Shown: one piece after another, positions 1 through 9,004 of the stretch
Numbering within the stretch: the first letter of the stretch is position 1
Layout: every line of letters begins with the position of its first letter
Source: a candidate division Zixibacteria bacterium SM23_81
GTDB lineage: Bacteria > SM23-81
Direction of reading: 5' to 3'
Length of the DNA stretch: 64,000 bases
Assembly (NCBI GenBank): GCA_001304015.1
Contig: LJUY01000006.1
Coordinates: 22,605-86,604 of the forward strand
The notes under the pieces: generated by a model
Told to the model about the DNA's origin: nothing
The model's input: only the letters and a program-made list of their open reading frames with translations
The model's database searches: none
Made by a program: the position numbers and the translations under genes

Positions 1-22
1 AAAACGTCGGCAGCGCAATCGA

Positions 23-247
23 ATGGTCAAATCCCAGGTAAAATCCGCCGAGAAGAAGGTTCGTCAAGCGCAAAGCAGAGATCAAGCTTTAAAGGATCTG
101 GCCACAGTCACCTCTTTGCTAGACAAGGCCGCCTCCAAGGGAGTCGTCCACAGCAGAACAGCTGACCGCAAAAAATCCAAGCTGGCCAAGGCAGTGAACG
201 TCATGAAGACAGAGTCTGCCGAGAAACCCGCCGCCAAGAAAAACTAA
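23..247 (+). CDS. rpsT: 30S ribosomal protein S20
   Basis: A 74-aa basic protein. The N-terminal KSAEKKVRQ and the AAKGVVHSR-KKSKLAK stretches match the S20 family pattern (E. coli S20 KSAKKRAIQ ... AAKGLIHKNKAARHKANL). The ATG at 23 opens the frame. Confidence 0.8.
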   Translation: MVKSQVKSAEKKVRQAQSRDQALKDLATVTSLLDKAASKGVVHSRTADRKKSKLAKAVNVMKTESAEKPAAKKN

Positions 248-274
248 CACCTAACCTGTTTAGATAGAGAAAAT

Positions 275-311
275 AGCGCTTGGGTCAATTTGAGTCCGAG
301 TGCTTTTTTTA
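275..311 (+). terminator. Putative rho-independent terminator downstream of rpsT
   Basis: Imperfect hairpin with 275-285 pairing to 294-304 (11 bp, several G-U pairs) and an 8-nt loop, followed directly by a T7 run at 305-311. Confidence 0.45.
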
Positions 312-550
312 GGATACTACTATCAGGCGAGGGCGCCGTCACCAATCCGCAAATCGACGCATCGCTACCAAAGGGTAAGGCAAAAAGATCACCAACACCC
401 TCACAAGCCGCTCGGGCATGGATGACGACACGCCCGGGATGGTCCCCCCCCCGTGAACCTCGAGGAGCTATAAGGCTCAGAGGAAGCAACTTACGAGATA
501 GTCTTCCTTGATAATATGACAATTTGAGGCCTGTAGAAAGGTGTGGCTTT

Positions 551-2017
551 TTAGAGAAGGTACTCGGTGGGATTGATTTTGTGTTCCTTGGGATTGATGG
601 CTCTTTTGACCGTTCTCTTGAACTGCCCAGTCTTTTTTTCCTTTTCGCAAAGATCGACAACCTGCCTATCTAAAAGCTTTTTTCCTTTTTCATCGAAAAG
701 GAGAAGAACCCTTGGCCGACTCAGCATGCCCGGGTCAGGATTCTTCCCTAATACAAGCCCCTTCTCCCCGGTGTTGAGTTCGACGACGGTCCCCACTGGA
801 AAGATGCCCATCATCTGAATGAAGACTTTTAGGATAACGGGATCGAAGTCCTTTCCTGATTTCTCCAGCATTAAGCTCAAGCTCTGGTCTGGCGAGATAG
901 GATAAGGCCGATAACTCCGCGCTGAGGTCATGGCATCATAGCAATCCGCCACGGCCAGAATTCTTCCGAAGAAGCTGAGATCCGGTTTCGCCTCGACTTT
1001 CGGGTAACCCGTGCGATCATAACGTATGTGATGCTCGAAGGGAGCCAGGACGATCTTGGCCTTCAGCTCATGGGAAGCTTGGAGCTTTAAGATGGTGCCC
1101 ACACTGTAGAGGGGATGCTTTCTTATCTCAACCCATTCCTGATCGTCAAGCTGTCCCTTCTTGTGCAGGATTTCCTTGGGCAACATGACCTTCCCCAAAT
1201 CATGAAAAAGACCGCATATTCCCAGAACCCTCAGTGAATTTCGTTCCAGTCCGAGCCTTTTTCCAAGACAGATGGCCAGCACGGCCACGTTGACTGAATG
1301 ATTATACGTGTAATTATCATAGTTCTTCAGGGTCGTGAGACCTAAAACGATCCCTTCGTCTTCAATAACTATGTCCACGATGTTCTGAACCAGCCTTTTG
1401 GCCTTTCGGACCCCAGCTTTCTCATTGACAGTCAATTTTTGGCAGACCTCCTTCACGGCGGTGATGGAATAGAGATAGTTCTTCTTGGCCCGATCCTGAG
1501 GAGCACTGGGCTCTCTTTCGCTGTTCTCTTCATTCTCAGATTTGAGGTGGATATCGACCCAAGAAATCGAGTTCGAATCGAGCATCTCGCGAATCATTTT
1601 TTCCGGGCATTGTTCTTTCTCCGATTCTTGAAAGACCTTGAAAAATCGGAAGATTTCCTTTTCCGGTACCTGCAAAACCCCCTCTGCGAAGGAGAGTCCC
1701 GAAAGGCCTCTTCTGGAAAACACATCGATGGTCCGATTGAGAAGGTCAAAGTTCTTCGATGTGAACGGAATTTTCTCCCCGCCCAGATAGAAATGCCCCC
1801 TCGACCACAGCAAAGTGGCTTCAGCTCCAGAATTCAAAATTTCTCGGATCACTGCCTTAAAATCCGCGATTCCCTCAAGGCTCAGGCGGTTGACGGACTG
1901 ATAGATCACCACGCCCTTTATAAGACGGAAAACGGCCGCAACGAGCCTTTCTCCTTTCAGCTTAACCACTTGCTGGCCTAGGAAATCGCTGAGTTCTTTT
2001 TCTGTTTCTGAGATCAT
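551..2017 (-). CDS. HD-GYP domain protein (c-di-GMP phosphodiesterase-like)
   Basis: HD motif (GLFHDLGK), HHIRYDRTGYPK (the GYP signature) and ILAVADCYDAMTSAR. The start codon overlaps the upstream gene's stop (ATGA). Confidence 0.8.
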   Translation of the reverse strand: MISETEKELSDFLGQQVVKLKGERLVAAVFRLIKGVVIYQSVNRLSLEGIADFKAVIREILNSGAEATLLWSRGHFYLGGEKIPFTSKNFDLLNRTIDVFSRRGLSGLSFAEGVLQVPEKEIFRFFKVFQESEKEQCPEKMIREMLDSNSISWVDIHLKSENEENSEREPSAPQDRAKKNYLYSITAVKEVCQKLTVNEKAGVRKAKRLVQNIVDIVIEDEGIVLGLTTLKNYDNYTYNHSVNVAVLAICLGKRLGLERNSLRVLGICGLFHDLGKVMLPKEILHKKGQLDDQEWVEIRKHPLYSVGTILKLQASHELKAKIVLAPFEHHIRYDRTGYPKVEAKPDLSFFGRILAVADCYDAMTSARSYRPYPISPDQSLSLMLEKSGKDFDPVILKVFIQMMGIFPVGTVVELNTGEKGLVLGKNPDPGMLSRPRVLLLFDEKGKKLLDRQVVDLCEKEKKTGQFKRTVKRAINPKEHKINPTEYLL

Positions 2018-3873
2018 GACTTCTCTTCGGCTAAGGCTGCCACACAGGCCTTCCGGATGGATCGTTTCTTCGATCCCCTGCCCTCCTCCAGAAGAGAGAG
2101 AGATTCCGGCGTTCCCAGATCCTTCAGGGCCAGGGTTGCCCCGTGACGGACAGTGTGGTAATCACGGGGTAGAAATATCCCCTTTCTCAACAGCAACTTC
2201 TTGAGAAGAGGCAACGATCTTGTTGAGCCGCAGCGACCTAAAGTTTTTAATGTAATGAGGATCTGATCAGGGCCCTTCTTAAGGAAATCCTCTTCTTGAA
2301 TGTAATCGACCAAAAGGTCTTCACAAATTTTGTTCCTCTGCCTTCCGAGACACTGAAAGAGCGCCTTTCGAATACTTCTGTCCTCTTCCTCGATAAACTC
2401 GAAAATCTTTTTAAAATCCGGAGACTCTTGCCTCATCAAAACTGCCAGAGCCGATTTTTTGATCAGCGGATTCGGGCTTTGCAGAAACCCCTCTAAAACC
2501 CCGCAAGCCTCGACGCCTCCAATCCTGTCGAGAAGGAGGATCATGTCCTTTGATGGGGCTTCCTCGTTCCCATCGAGCAAGGAGGCGACCATCGAGAAGT
2601 CCTTCCTGCCCAATTCTGCCAAAACTTTTATTAATACCTCTCTGAGTTTGAAAGATTCGGTCTGCTGCAGAATCCGAAACAGCGGTTCCACCAACTGGGC
2701 CTTAAGACCTATAAGATGAAGTAGTTTGTTAAGCGGCTCCTCTTCCAAGTGGACGAGATTTTCTTCTATTATCTTAAAGGCCTGAGAGCTTACCGTCTTT
2801 GCGAAAAAGCGTTCAACCACAGGGAGAGCCCATTTTTTCTCTTTTGTACAATGAACCTCTATGAGTTGCATCCTCTTGAGAAGCTCATTGGCCCGTTCCA
2901 AATCGGACCGAACCAGACTATCGAGATAGAGTTTCTCCAGGAAGTCGATGATGGCCTCAAAGTCGCCCTGAAGATCATCCTCTGGCAGGGCATCGAGAAG
3001 CATGATCATCGTGTCGTCCATGGGGTCCCTGGTCGTCTCTCTTTGCATCAGGGAGCTCAAGTACTCCTTTTCTGCTTCGCTCAAATTGAACAGGTCCCCC
3101 TTATCTTGAATCTTAAGAGAAAGCTGTGGGGCTTTGTCCTTCGTCGTGTCGGGATCCACCCCTGGGAAGCCCTTATCGCTGTATTCCACAATTCTATCCA
3201 TGATACCCTCAGTGCTCAAGTCCTCCTGTTGGGCAAAAAGAAGCTCATCCGTTGCATAGTAATCCACATGGGGAAGCTGAGTCTCCCACAAAGCCGTCAC
3301 GATATCTCCCTTTTCAGCCTTTCGGACCTGCTCTGAGACGACGATACGAAACAAGCTGTGGAGTTCATCCAGCGCGATCCCAGAGCTTATTTCCAGCCAT
3401 TGAATCCCATCTCTGAAAAAGACGAAGGCGAAATTCCCCTCTTCCTCCGGGCCTTCGTAAACGGGTTGGCCCTCCAGGTGGAGCTCATATTTTAATATCT
3501 CCAACCTGAACCGCTGGGAAAACTTGAAATAGGCTTGGAGTCTCTTCATGGCGCTGAGAAGACTCCTCTTGCACTGGTCATTCTCTTCTGGGTAGAGGGA
3601 ATAGACCTTATAAACGATGAGAAAAGCCTTCATAACCTCTTTGGCAGCTTGAAGCGCCTCTTCTTCTATGGGGGATTTGTGCCCCTTTTTCTCGTTGACT
3701 TTGCGATTTACCACTTCTTCCTCTTTGATTTTTTTAACCTTATCGGGGAACAAAGGACGCCAAACAGGCGGTTCTCCTCTTTCAGGACGTTTCTCCGAAG
3801 GGGATCTGGCAGACGACCCACAACCACATCTCCCTGACATATGGCCAGATCTCTCAATGGAACAGCATTTCAC
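2014..3873 (-). CDS. HEAT / PBS-lyase-like repeat protein
   Basis: A 619-aa ORF with repeated HEAT-like helical units toward the C-terminus (ALAVLMRQESP..., ITLKTLGRCGSTRSLPLLKKLL, HGATLALKDLGTPESL). It is translationally coupled to the HD-GYP gene. The start is uncertain: GTG at 3873 in the track, with an alternative ATG at 3840. Confidence 0.6.
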   Translation of the reverse strand: MKCCSIERSGHMSGRCGCGSSARSPSEKRPERGEPPVWRPLFPDKVKKIKEEEVVNRKVNEKKGHKSPIEEEALQAAKEVMKAFLIVYKVYSLYPEENDQCKRSLLSAMKRLQAYFKFSQRFRLEILKYELHLEGQPVYEGPEEEGNFAFVFFRDGIQWLEISSGIALDELHSLFRIVVSEQVRKAEKGDIVTALWETQLPHVDYYATDELLFAQQEDLSTEGIMDRIVEYSDKGFPGVDPDTTKDKAPQLSLKIQDKGDLFNLSEAEKEYLSSLMQRETTRDPMDDTMIMLLDALPEDDLQGDFEAIIDFLEKLYLDSLVRSDLERANELLKRMQLIEVHCTKEKKWALPVVERFFAKTVSSQAFKIIEENLVHLEEEPLNKLLHLIGLKAQLVEPLFRILQQTESFKLREVLIKVLAELGRKDFSMVASLLDGNEEAPSKDMILLLDRIGGVEACGVLEGFLQSPNPLIKKSALAVLMRQESPDFKKIFEFIEEEDRSIRKALFQCLGRQRNKICEDLLVDYIQEEDFLKKGPDQILITLKTLGRCGSTRSLPLLKKLLLRKGIFLPRDYHTVRHGATLALKDLGTPESLSLLEEGRGSKKRSIRKACVAALAEEKS

Positions 3874-4182
3874 AGCAGCTCATTGGAAAGCAATTTTTAT
3901 ACCATTTTTATTTATAACCTTCAGCGAAAGTGTGGTTCTAGTATGACATCAAAAAGGTCTCGATGATCTTCCAGATAGATTTTGTCTTGCTGTCACAACT
4001 CCCTGTTTAGCAAGACAATATCTATACGCCCGGGAACACACAGTTTCCAAAGAAATAATCGAAGATCGATTTCTCGTGTAGTAAAATTCCGAAAATTCAC
4101 ATGAATCGATATGAAGAGAATATCGCCAAATGGGGCTGTTTCACTTTGACCTAAAAACATCGCAATTCTCAAGCCAACACAG

Positions 4183-4212
4183 AAAAAAGCCCACAACGGC
4201 GGGCTTTTTCTG
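4183..4212 (-). terminator. Rho-independent terminator, bidirectional in form, ending the HIT-leuD-like transcript
   Basis: On the minus strand the sequence AGCCCGC-CGTT-GTGGGCT forms a 7-bp stem followed by TTTTTTCTG. The same hairpin on the plus strand is preceded by an A-run and followed by a T5 run. Confidence 0.6.
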
Positions 4213-4484
4213 CATACGCGTCAGATTTTAGGTCTCTTAAACTGAATTTCGTCTAAGATCCAAAGTTCCTCTGGGGGGAGATAATGTTCTCCCCTCCAGT
4301 CCCAAGTGTTGCTCAACCCACGGGAATTCTTGGCGAAATTCGATCCTGCCGCCAGCGTTTGCCGAAACCCAAGCAGGACCGCGTTCTGAATTCTCTATGG
4401 GCAACGAGTTGCGAATAGATAACGGTGTGTTTCCCGCTTGGGACACGGGGAAATCCGCAGGGCAGCCTATGATCTTATTCCACC

Positions 4485-4973
4485 TCAGCCAACCTGGGCT
4501 TTAAAGGCTGCCTTCAATGTATCATAAGTCTCCCCCAGTGCTTGGGAAATCACTTTGGTAGAGGCTAGAGCCGGCATATAATTGGTGTCTCCCCTCCAGC
4601 GGGGTAGAATATGGAGATGGACGTGACCATCGATGCCCGCTCCGGCGATGCTGCCCAGGTTGATGCCCAGATTAAATCCCTGGGGTTGCATGGAGTTCTT
4701 CAGAGCTGTAATGCTTTTCTGAGCCAACTGCATCAGCTCAAGTGACTCATCGTTGTTCAGATTCTCCAGGCATGCCTCATGGCGATAGGGAACGATCATC
4801 AGGTGGCCGGCATTGTAGGGATATAAGTTGAGCATGACGTATCCCAATTCGCCCCGCCACAGGACATAATTGTCCTCGTCTTTATCCTCCCTGGAGACGC
4901 GACAAAGCAGGCAACCCTTCTCCTTGGGACCGAGAATGTATTTCGCCCTCCAGGGCGCCCAGAGCTTTTTCAT
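4485..4973 (-). CDS. HIT-family hydrolase/transferase
   Basis: Histidine-triad signature GHVHLHILPRW, a WAPWRAKYI N-terminus and an N-terminal CLLC pair. Confidence 0.8.
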   Translation of the reverse strand: MKKLWAPWRAKYILGPKEKGCLLCRVSREDKDEDNYVLWRGELGYVMLNLYPYNAGHLMIVPYRHEACLENLNNDESLELMQLAQKSITALKNSMQPQGFNLGINLGSIAGAGIDGHVHLHILPRWRGDTNYMPALASTKVISQALGETYDTLKAAFKAQVG

Positions 4974-4977
4974 CGAT

Positions 4978-5484
4978 TCACTCCTCCATCTCCTCTTTCA
5001 AATACGCTAGAAGACCACCTTTTTGCGTGATGTGGTGCTCCAGGCCAGAAAGAGGATGCCCCTGAATCTGTTGGCTTGTATCCAGATTCTGAATCGCCCC
5101 GGGCACCAAATCTACCTCAATCTTCTGGCCACTCTTGGCGAAACGTGAAATGCCGGAGCACTCCAACAGGGGAAAACCCAAGTTGATGGCGTTGCGATAA
5201 AAGATACGGCCGAAGGACTCGGCGATAACCAAAACGACACCGGCGTGCTGCAGGCAGAGGACAGCGTGCTCCCGAGATGAGCCGCAGCCAAAATTCCGGC
5301 CGGCCAGAATGATATCTCCCTTGTTCACTTCCCGAGCAAAGTTCTCCATACCGGGAACATACTCCATGGCATGCTTCGCCATCTCCGCTGGATCGGTCAA
5401 AGGGAGGTACTGCCCATGATAAATCTGGTCGGTGTCCACATCGTGGCCCACCACCCAGACCTTTCCCTGGATGGTCGCGCTCAT
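4978..5484 (-). CDS. 3-isopropylmalate dehydratase small-subunit-like protein (LeuD/aconitase swivel domain, short archaeal-type)
   Basis: VGHDVDTDQIY, GDIILAGRNFGCGSSREHA and VIAESFGRIFYRNAINLG match the LeuD family signature closely. No large subunit lies next to it. Confidence 0.75.
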   Translation of the reverse strand: MSATIQGKVWVVGHDVDTDQIYHGQYLPLTDPAEMAKHAMEYVPGMENFAREVNKGDIILAGRNFGCGSSREHAVLCLQHAGVVLVIAESFGRIFYRNAINLGFPLLECSGISRFAKSGQKIEVDLVPGAIQNLDTSQQIQGHPLSGLEHHITQKGGLLAYLKEEMEE

Positions 5485-6899
5485 AACTTAACCCTCTTTT
5501 CCACAACCTTTTGGAAATAATGATAAGACGAGTAGGTGGGCTCGGCGGTAATTTTTACTCTGTATTCTCCTGGTGCTGCTAAATTTCCAGCCGCATCTCG
5601 TCGATCCCACAAATATTTGCGGTCACCAAGTGGCTCTTCTTTTGCCGTCACGAGGGTTTTGATCTTCTCGCCACGGTCATCCCAGATATCGATCGTCAGG
5701 TAAGCCCTCTCGGTTAAAAAAAAACGAATCTTTACCTTTCCTTCTCCAGAATTTTGACCCACCTCCACTCGAAGCACATCCACCCCCACCCAATAGTACT
5801 GCGCCCCCTCCTTTTCGGCAACAAAAACTTGGCCGAATCTGCGCCAAATAGCCAGACCACGAGGGGAAAAAAATTCTCTGTCACCTTTGCCCTTCTTCCC
5901 GAAAGAGACGATATAATTCAGATGGCGATCGAACTTATGCACACAGTGATTTTCGGGGTCAGTAACCCACGCGTTGCCATAGTAATCTATGGCCACATAG
6001 CCAAACCGGGCTTTGGACAACCCAGTCTCTTGACTCTTGACCCTCTTGAGGAGACGGCCTTGCGGTGCCAACTTGTTGAGCCGATATCCCCCGCTGTCCA
6101 CCACGCAGATGTAAGGCTCGCCGTAATAAGACCATCTCTCCTGAGAGTCGATGACGGCGATGCTCCGCGGAGAGACGAGATCGGCCTTGATCTCCTGCAG
6201 GAAGTGGCCATAAGCATCGAAAACCTGAATCCGACCGTTGCCCGTATCGGTTACGTACAGGTGCCCCTGAGAGTCGAGAGCGACATCACAGGGCGATAGA
6301 AAATGACCCGGGCCATCCCCCTGAGACCCAACTATCCCTGCCCAATTGAGCTCTTTTCCGCTGTTGTATAGGTGAACCACCCGGTGATTTCCCGTGTCTG
6401 CCACATAAACGTTCCCCTGCTCATCAGCGGCGATACCCAGGGGATTCTGGAACCGGCCTGATCCATTTCCCTCCTGACCATAAACTCCCAGGCTGTACAT
6501 AGAGGTATTATAGATGATGTTGTGCTCGCCAGAGTTGACTCCATAGACGGTGAGCTCATCGTCGTCGTGCTGGGAGGCAGGATCGTCCCATGTCTGCAAG
6601 CGCACAGCGGCCAATCCCTGAGGATCATTGAACTTGGTTTTCAATCCCAAGAACATGAACAGGTGCAGGGAGGTGGCTTTATGTATTCCCCAGGTGTGAA
6701 GGAAAGTGGGGAAAACGAGGGTCGTGGGCGGCTCACTATGGACTTCTCCCGGGTGGTAAATCCCAGTCAGCAGGGATAACGATAATAGCGCGCATGCAAC
6801 TCTACCCGCGGGCACTCCAAATTCTCCTATAGAGTGCTTGGGTGGCCAGCACTCTCTTGACAAACTCACGGGTCTCTGGAAATTCGATGAACTCCACAA
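5481..6899 (-). CDS. NHL-repeat beta-propeller protein
   Basis: Repeated NHL units (YVADTGNHRVVHLY, YVTDTGNGRIQVFD, WVTDPENHCVHKFD, VFVAEKEGAQYY). The longest-ORF start overlaps the upstream gene by about 100 bp, so the true start is probably internal. Confidence 0.65.
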   Translation of the reverse strand: MWSSSNFQRPVSLSRECWPPKHSIGEFGVPAGRVACALLSLSLLTGIYHPGEVHSEPPTTLVFPTFLHTWGIHKATSLHLFMFLGLKTKFNDPQGLAAVRLQTWDDPASQHDDDELTVYGVNSGEHNIIYNTSMYSLGVYGQEGNGSGRFQNPLGIAADEQGNVYVADTGNHRVVHLYNSGKELNWAGIVGSQGDGPGHFLSPCDVALDSQGHLYVTDTGNGRIQVFDAYGHFLQEIKADLVSPRSIAVIDSQERWSYYGEPYICVVDSGGYRLNKLAPQGRLLKRVKSQETGLSKARFGYVAIDYYGNAWVTDPENHCVHKFDRHLNYIVSFGKKGKGDREFFSPRGLAIWRRFGQVFVAEKEGAQYYWVGVDVLRVEVGQNSGEGKVKIRFFLTERAYLTIDIWDDRGEKIKTLVTAKEEPLGDRKYLWDRRDAAGNLAAPGEYRVKITAEPTYSSYHYFQKVVEKRVKL

Positions 6900-8970
6900 A
6901 GAGTTCGGGATCTACCATCCCCCATCGCCGGAGCCAACGTTTCACGTTGCCCGGCCCGGCATTGTAAGCAGCAAGAGCTATCTCAGGTTGCCATCCAAAC
7001 GCCTCTAGCTGCTTCCAAAGATAGTAAGCCCCCATTCGGATGTTCAACTCAGGACGAAAAGAGCTGGAGGCGGGATTGACAGAAAAACCTAGCCGCTCCC
7101 CTATCTCTTTTTCCGTGGAGGGCATGATCTGCATCAGGCCCTTGGCCCCAGTGCGAGACACAGCTAGAGGGTCGAAGCGGCTCTCGATCCTGATCACCGA
7201 CATCAAAAAATATGGCTCTAAGCCGTATTTCCCCGCCTCAACACTCACCGTTTCCATGTAGCCAAGAGGGTATAGAAAAGGTTCCAGGCTTTCCCTCCAA
7301 CGGGGCCGACTTAAATGATCATTCGCTTGCTGGGCCAGCCGGAGGGCATCGCCGTATAGCTGTAACTTCTGGTAGAATCGCAGGAGATCGAGCATCACCT
7401 GCGGGTGTTCGTGAGCCACCAAATGGACTTTAGAGAGTTCCCGACGGGCATAAGGCAAGAGTCCCAGCTCGAGCAGGGATGTACCCCTCTGCAGGTGGCT
7501 GGCAAAATCATGGTCGAGACCGGGAGCTATCCTGTCCTCCTCATCCAGGAACACTTCTGGTTCGAGAGAATCCCGTTCAACCGAGGAAAGAACATCCGCA
7601 TCCAAAAGCTCTTTAGCCCTTGCGGCATAGTACCCCTGCGGATCCAACTGGACGACCTGATCCAAAAGCTGATGGGCGATGATTTCTCCACCGGATCTCT
7701 TATGAGCCCGAGCACCCCAGTAAAGAGCACCTTGAACCCAAGGACTCTGGGGATAGCGGACTCTCAGACGATCAAACAGAGCGATGGCAGCGGCATCTTC
7801 ATCCAGCCGGAAGGCGAAAAGGCCTGCCCGCCAAAGCGCCTCCTCCGCTCGCTCCCGGCTGGCATATTTCTGGCTCAAAGCCTGATATTCCCTCTGAGCT
7901 TGGTGGAGACTTCCCCTTTGCTCCTGCAGCATGGCCAATCGCCACAGCGCATCCTCGGCAAGCTCGCTCCAGGGATAGTCTTGAGCAAACTGACGATAGC
8001 GTTTCGTAGCCAGGGTGGTCCTTCCATCCGCCTCTGCACAGCGGGCCATCAGAAAACGGGCGGAAGTCGCATAGAGACCTCTGGGATAAGTCTGGAGCAA
8101 CAGTTGACACTTTGATTCGGCTTGAGAATATTGCTTACCCTGATAACAGGCCTGAGCACTTAGGTAAAGGGCTTCCTCAGCCTGCTGGCTTTCACGATGA
8201 AGCTCCGCAAATCGACTCCATAAATGGGCCGCCTCAGTAAATCGGCTCTGGTGAAATCTGACCCAGGCGGCCTCGAACAACTCTACGTCGGACAAGGGTT
8301 TCCCACGTATGGATTTCAGCTCTTCAAGAGCTCCTGGAGCTGCCGAGCTAGCCGGATGAAAGCTCAGGATCCGGGCGAAGAGAAGAGCAGCTTCATCCAG
8401 CCTGCCGGCTTTTTGGTGGGCCCGACCCAGGGAAAACCAGAGCTCAGGAAGCTGAACCTGCAGAGCAGGCTGGTGTACTAGTAGTTGAAGCATCCGGATG
8501 GCTTCATCAGCCTTTCCCGACTCCAAATACACCTGTGCCAGCAGCTGGTATGCCTCGTTCGCCAGGAAGCGATCCTCTGTCTCCAGAAGATGGATGAGCT
8601 GAGTTTGGGCCTTTTCAGGTTCACCTGAATGGGCGTAACAAATAGCCAGAAAATAATGGAGATACCCTTTTAGGAGGGCAGAATCCTCCAATAGCTTCTC
8701 AGAGATCAAAGCAGCTTCCTCCCAACGCTCTAGCTTTAGGAGACAATAGGCCATTTGGAACTGGCCAGAGAATGAGTCCGCTGCCGTTGTATCATCGGAA
8801 AGCCGCCTGTAGGCAGATTCATAGGAACCCTCCTGGATCAGCAGGCGGATGACATCGTCGCCGCCCAGAAGGCCCTCCGCGCACCAGGTCGTATCATCGA
8901 CACCTGCAGCCAAGACGACCAGGAGAACCAAGAATATCTTTTTCGCACCCATCATAGCCATCGCTGACAT
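6802..8970 (-). CDS. Soluble lytic murein transglycosylase (SLT domain with N-terminal TPR/superhelical region)
   Basis: C-terminal SLT motifs ESRFDPLAVSRTGAKGLMQIMPST and AYNAGPGNV. A signal-peptide start MSAMAMMGAKKIFLVLLVVLAAG at 8970 was chosen over the longer ORF start at 9075, which would overlap dnaE. Confidence 0.75.
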   Translation of the reverse strand: MSAMAMMGAKKIFLVLLVVLAAGVDDTTWCAEGLLGGDDVIRLLIQEGSYESAYRRLSDDTTAADSFSGQFQMAYCLLKLERWEEAALISEKLLEDSALLKGYLHYFLAICYAHSGEPEKAQTQLIHLLETEDRFLANEAYQLLAQVYLESGKADEAIRMLQLLVHQPALQVQLPELWFSLGRAHQKAGRLDEAALLFARILSFHPASSAAPGALEELKSIRGKPLSDVELFEAAWVRFHQSRFTEAAHLWSRFAELHRESQQAEEALYLSAQACYQGKQYSQAESKCQLLLQTYPRGLYATSARFLMARCAEADGRTTLATKRYRQFAQDYPWSELAEDALWRLAMLQEQRGSLHQAQREYQALSQKYASRERAEEALWRAGLFAFRLDEDAAAIALFDRLRVRYPQSPWVQGALYWGARAHKRSGGEIIAHQLLDQVVQLDPQGYYAARAKELLDADVLSSVERDSLEPEVFLDEEDRIAPGLDHDFASHLQRGTSLLELGLLPYARRELSKVHLVAHEHPQVMLDLLRFYQKLQLYGDALRLAQQANDHLSRPRWRESLEPFLYPLGYMETVSVEAGKYGLEPYFLMSVIRIESRFDPLAVSRTGAKGLMQIMPSTEKEIGERLGFSVNPASSSFRPELNIRMGAYYLWKQLEAFGWQPEIALAAYNAGPGNVKRWLRRWGMVDPELFVEFIEFPETREFVKRVLATQALYRRIWSARG

Positions 8971-9004
8971 TCCACGACTTGAGGAATCATGGAGCACATG
9001 AGGA

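Noticed and set aside
4237-4446. 69-aa ORF inside the untranslated stretch downstream of HIT
   Set aside because: No start context, a biased Arg/Gly composition and a position inside a probable structured RNA or 3' UTR. Treated as non-coding.
5117-5506. 129-aa minus-strand ORF overlapping the LeuD-like gene in another frame
   Set aside because: The LeuD frame carries unmistakable family motifs. The alternative frame is Arg/Gly-rich noise.
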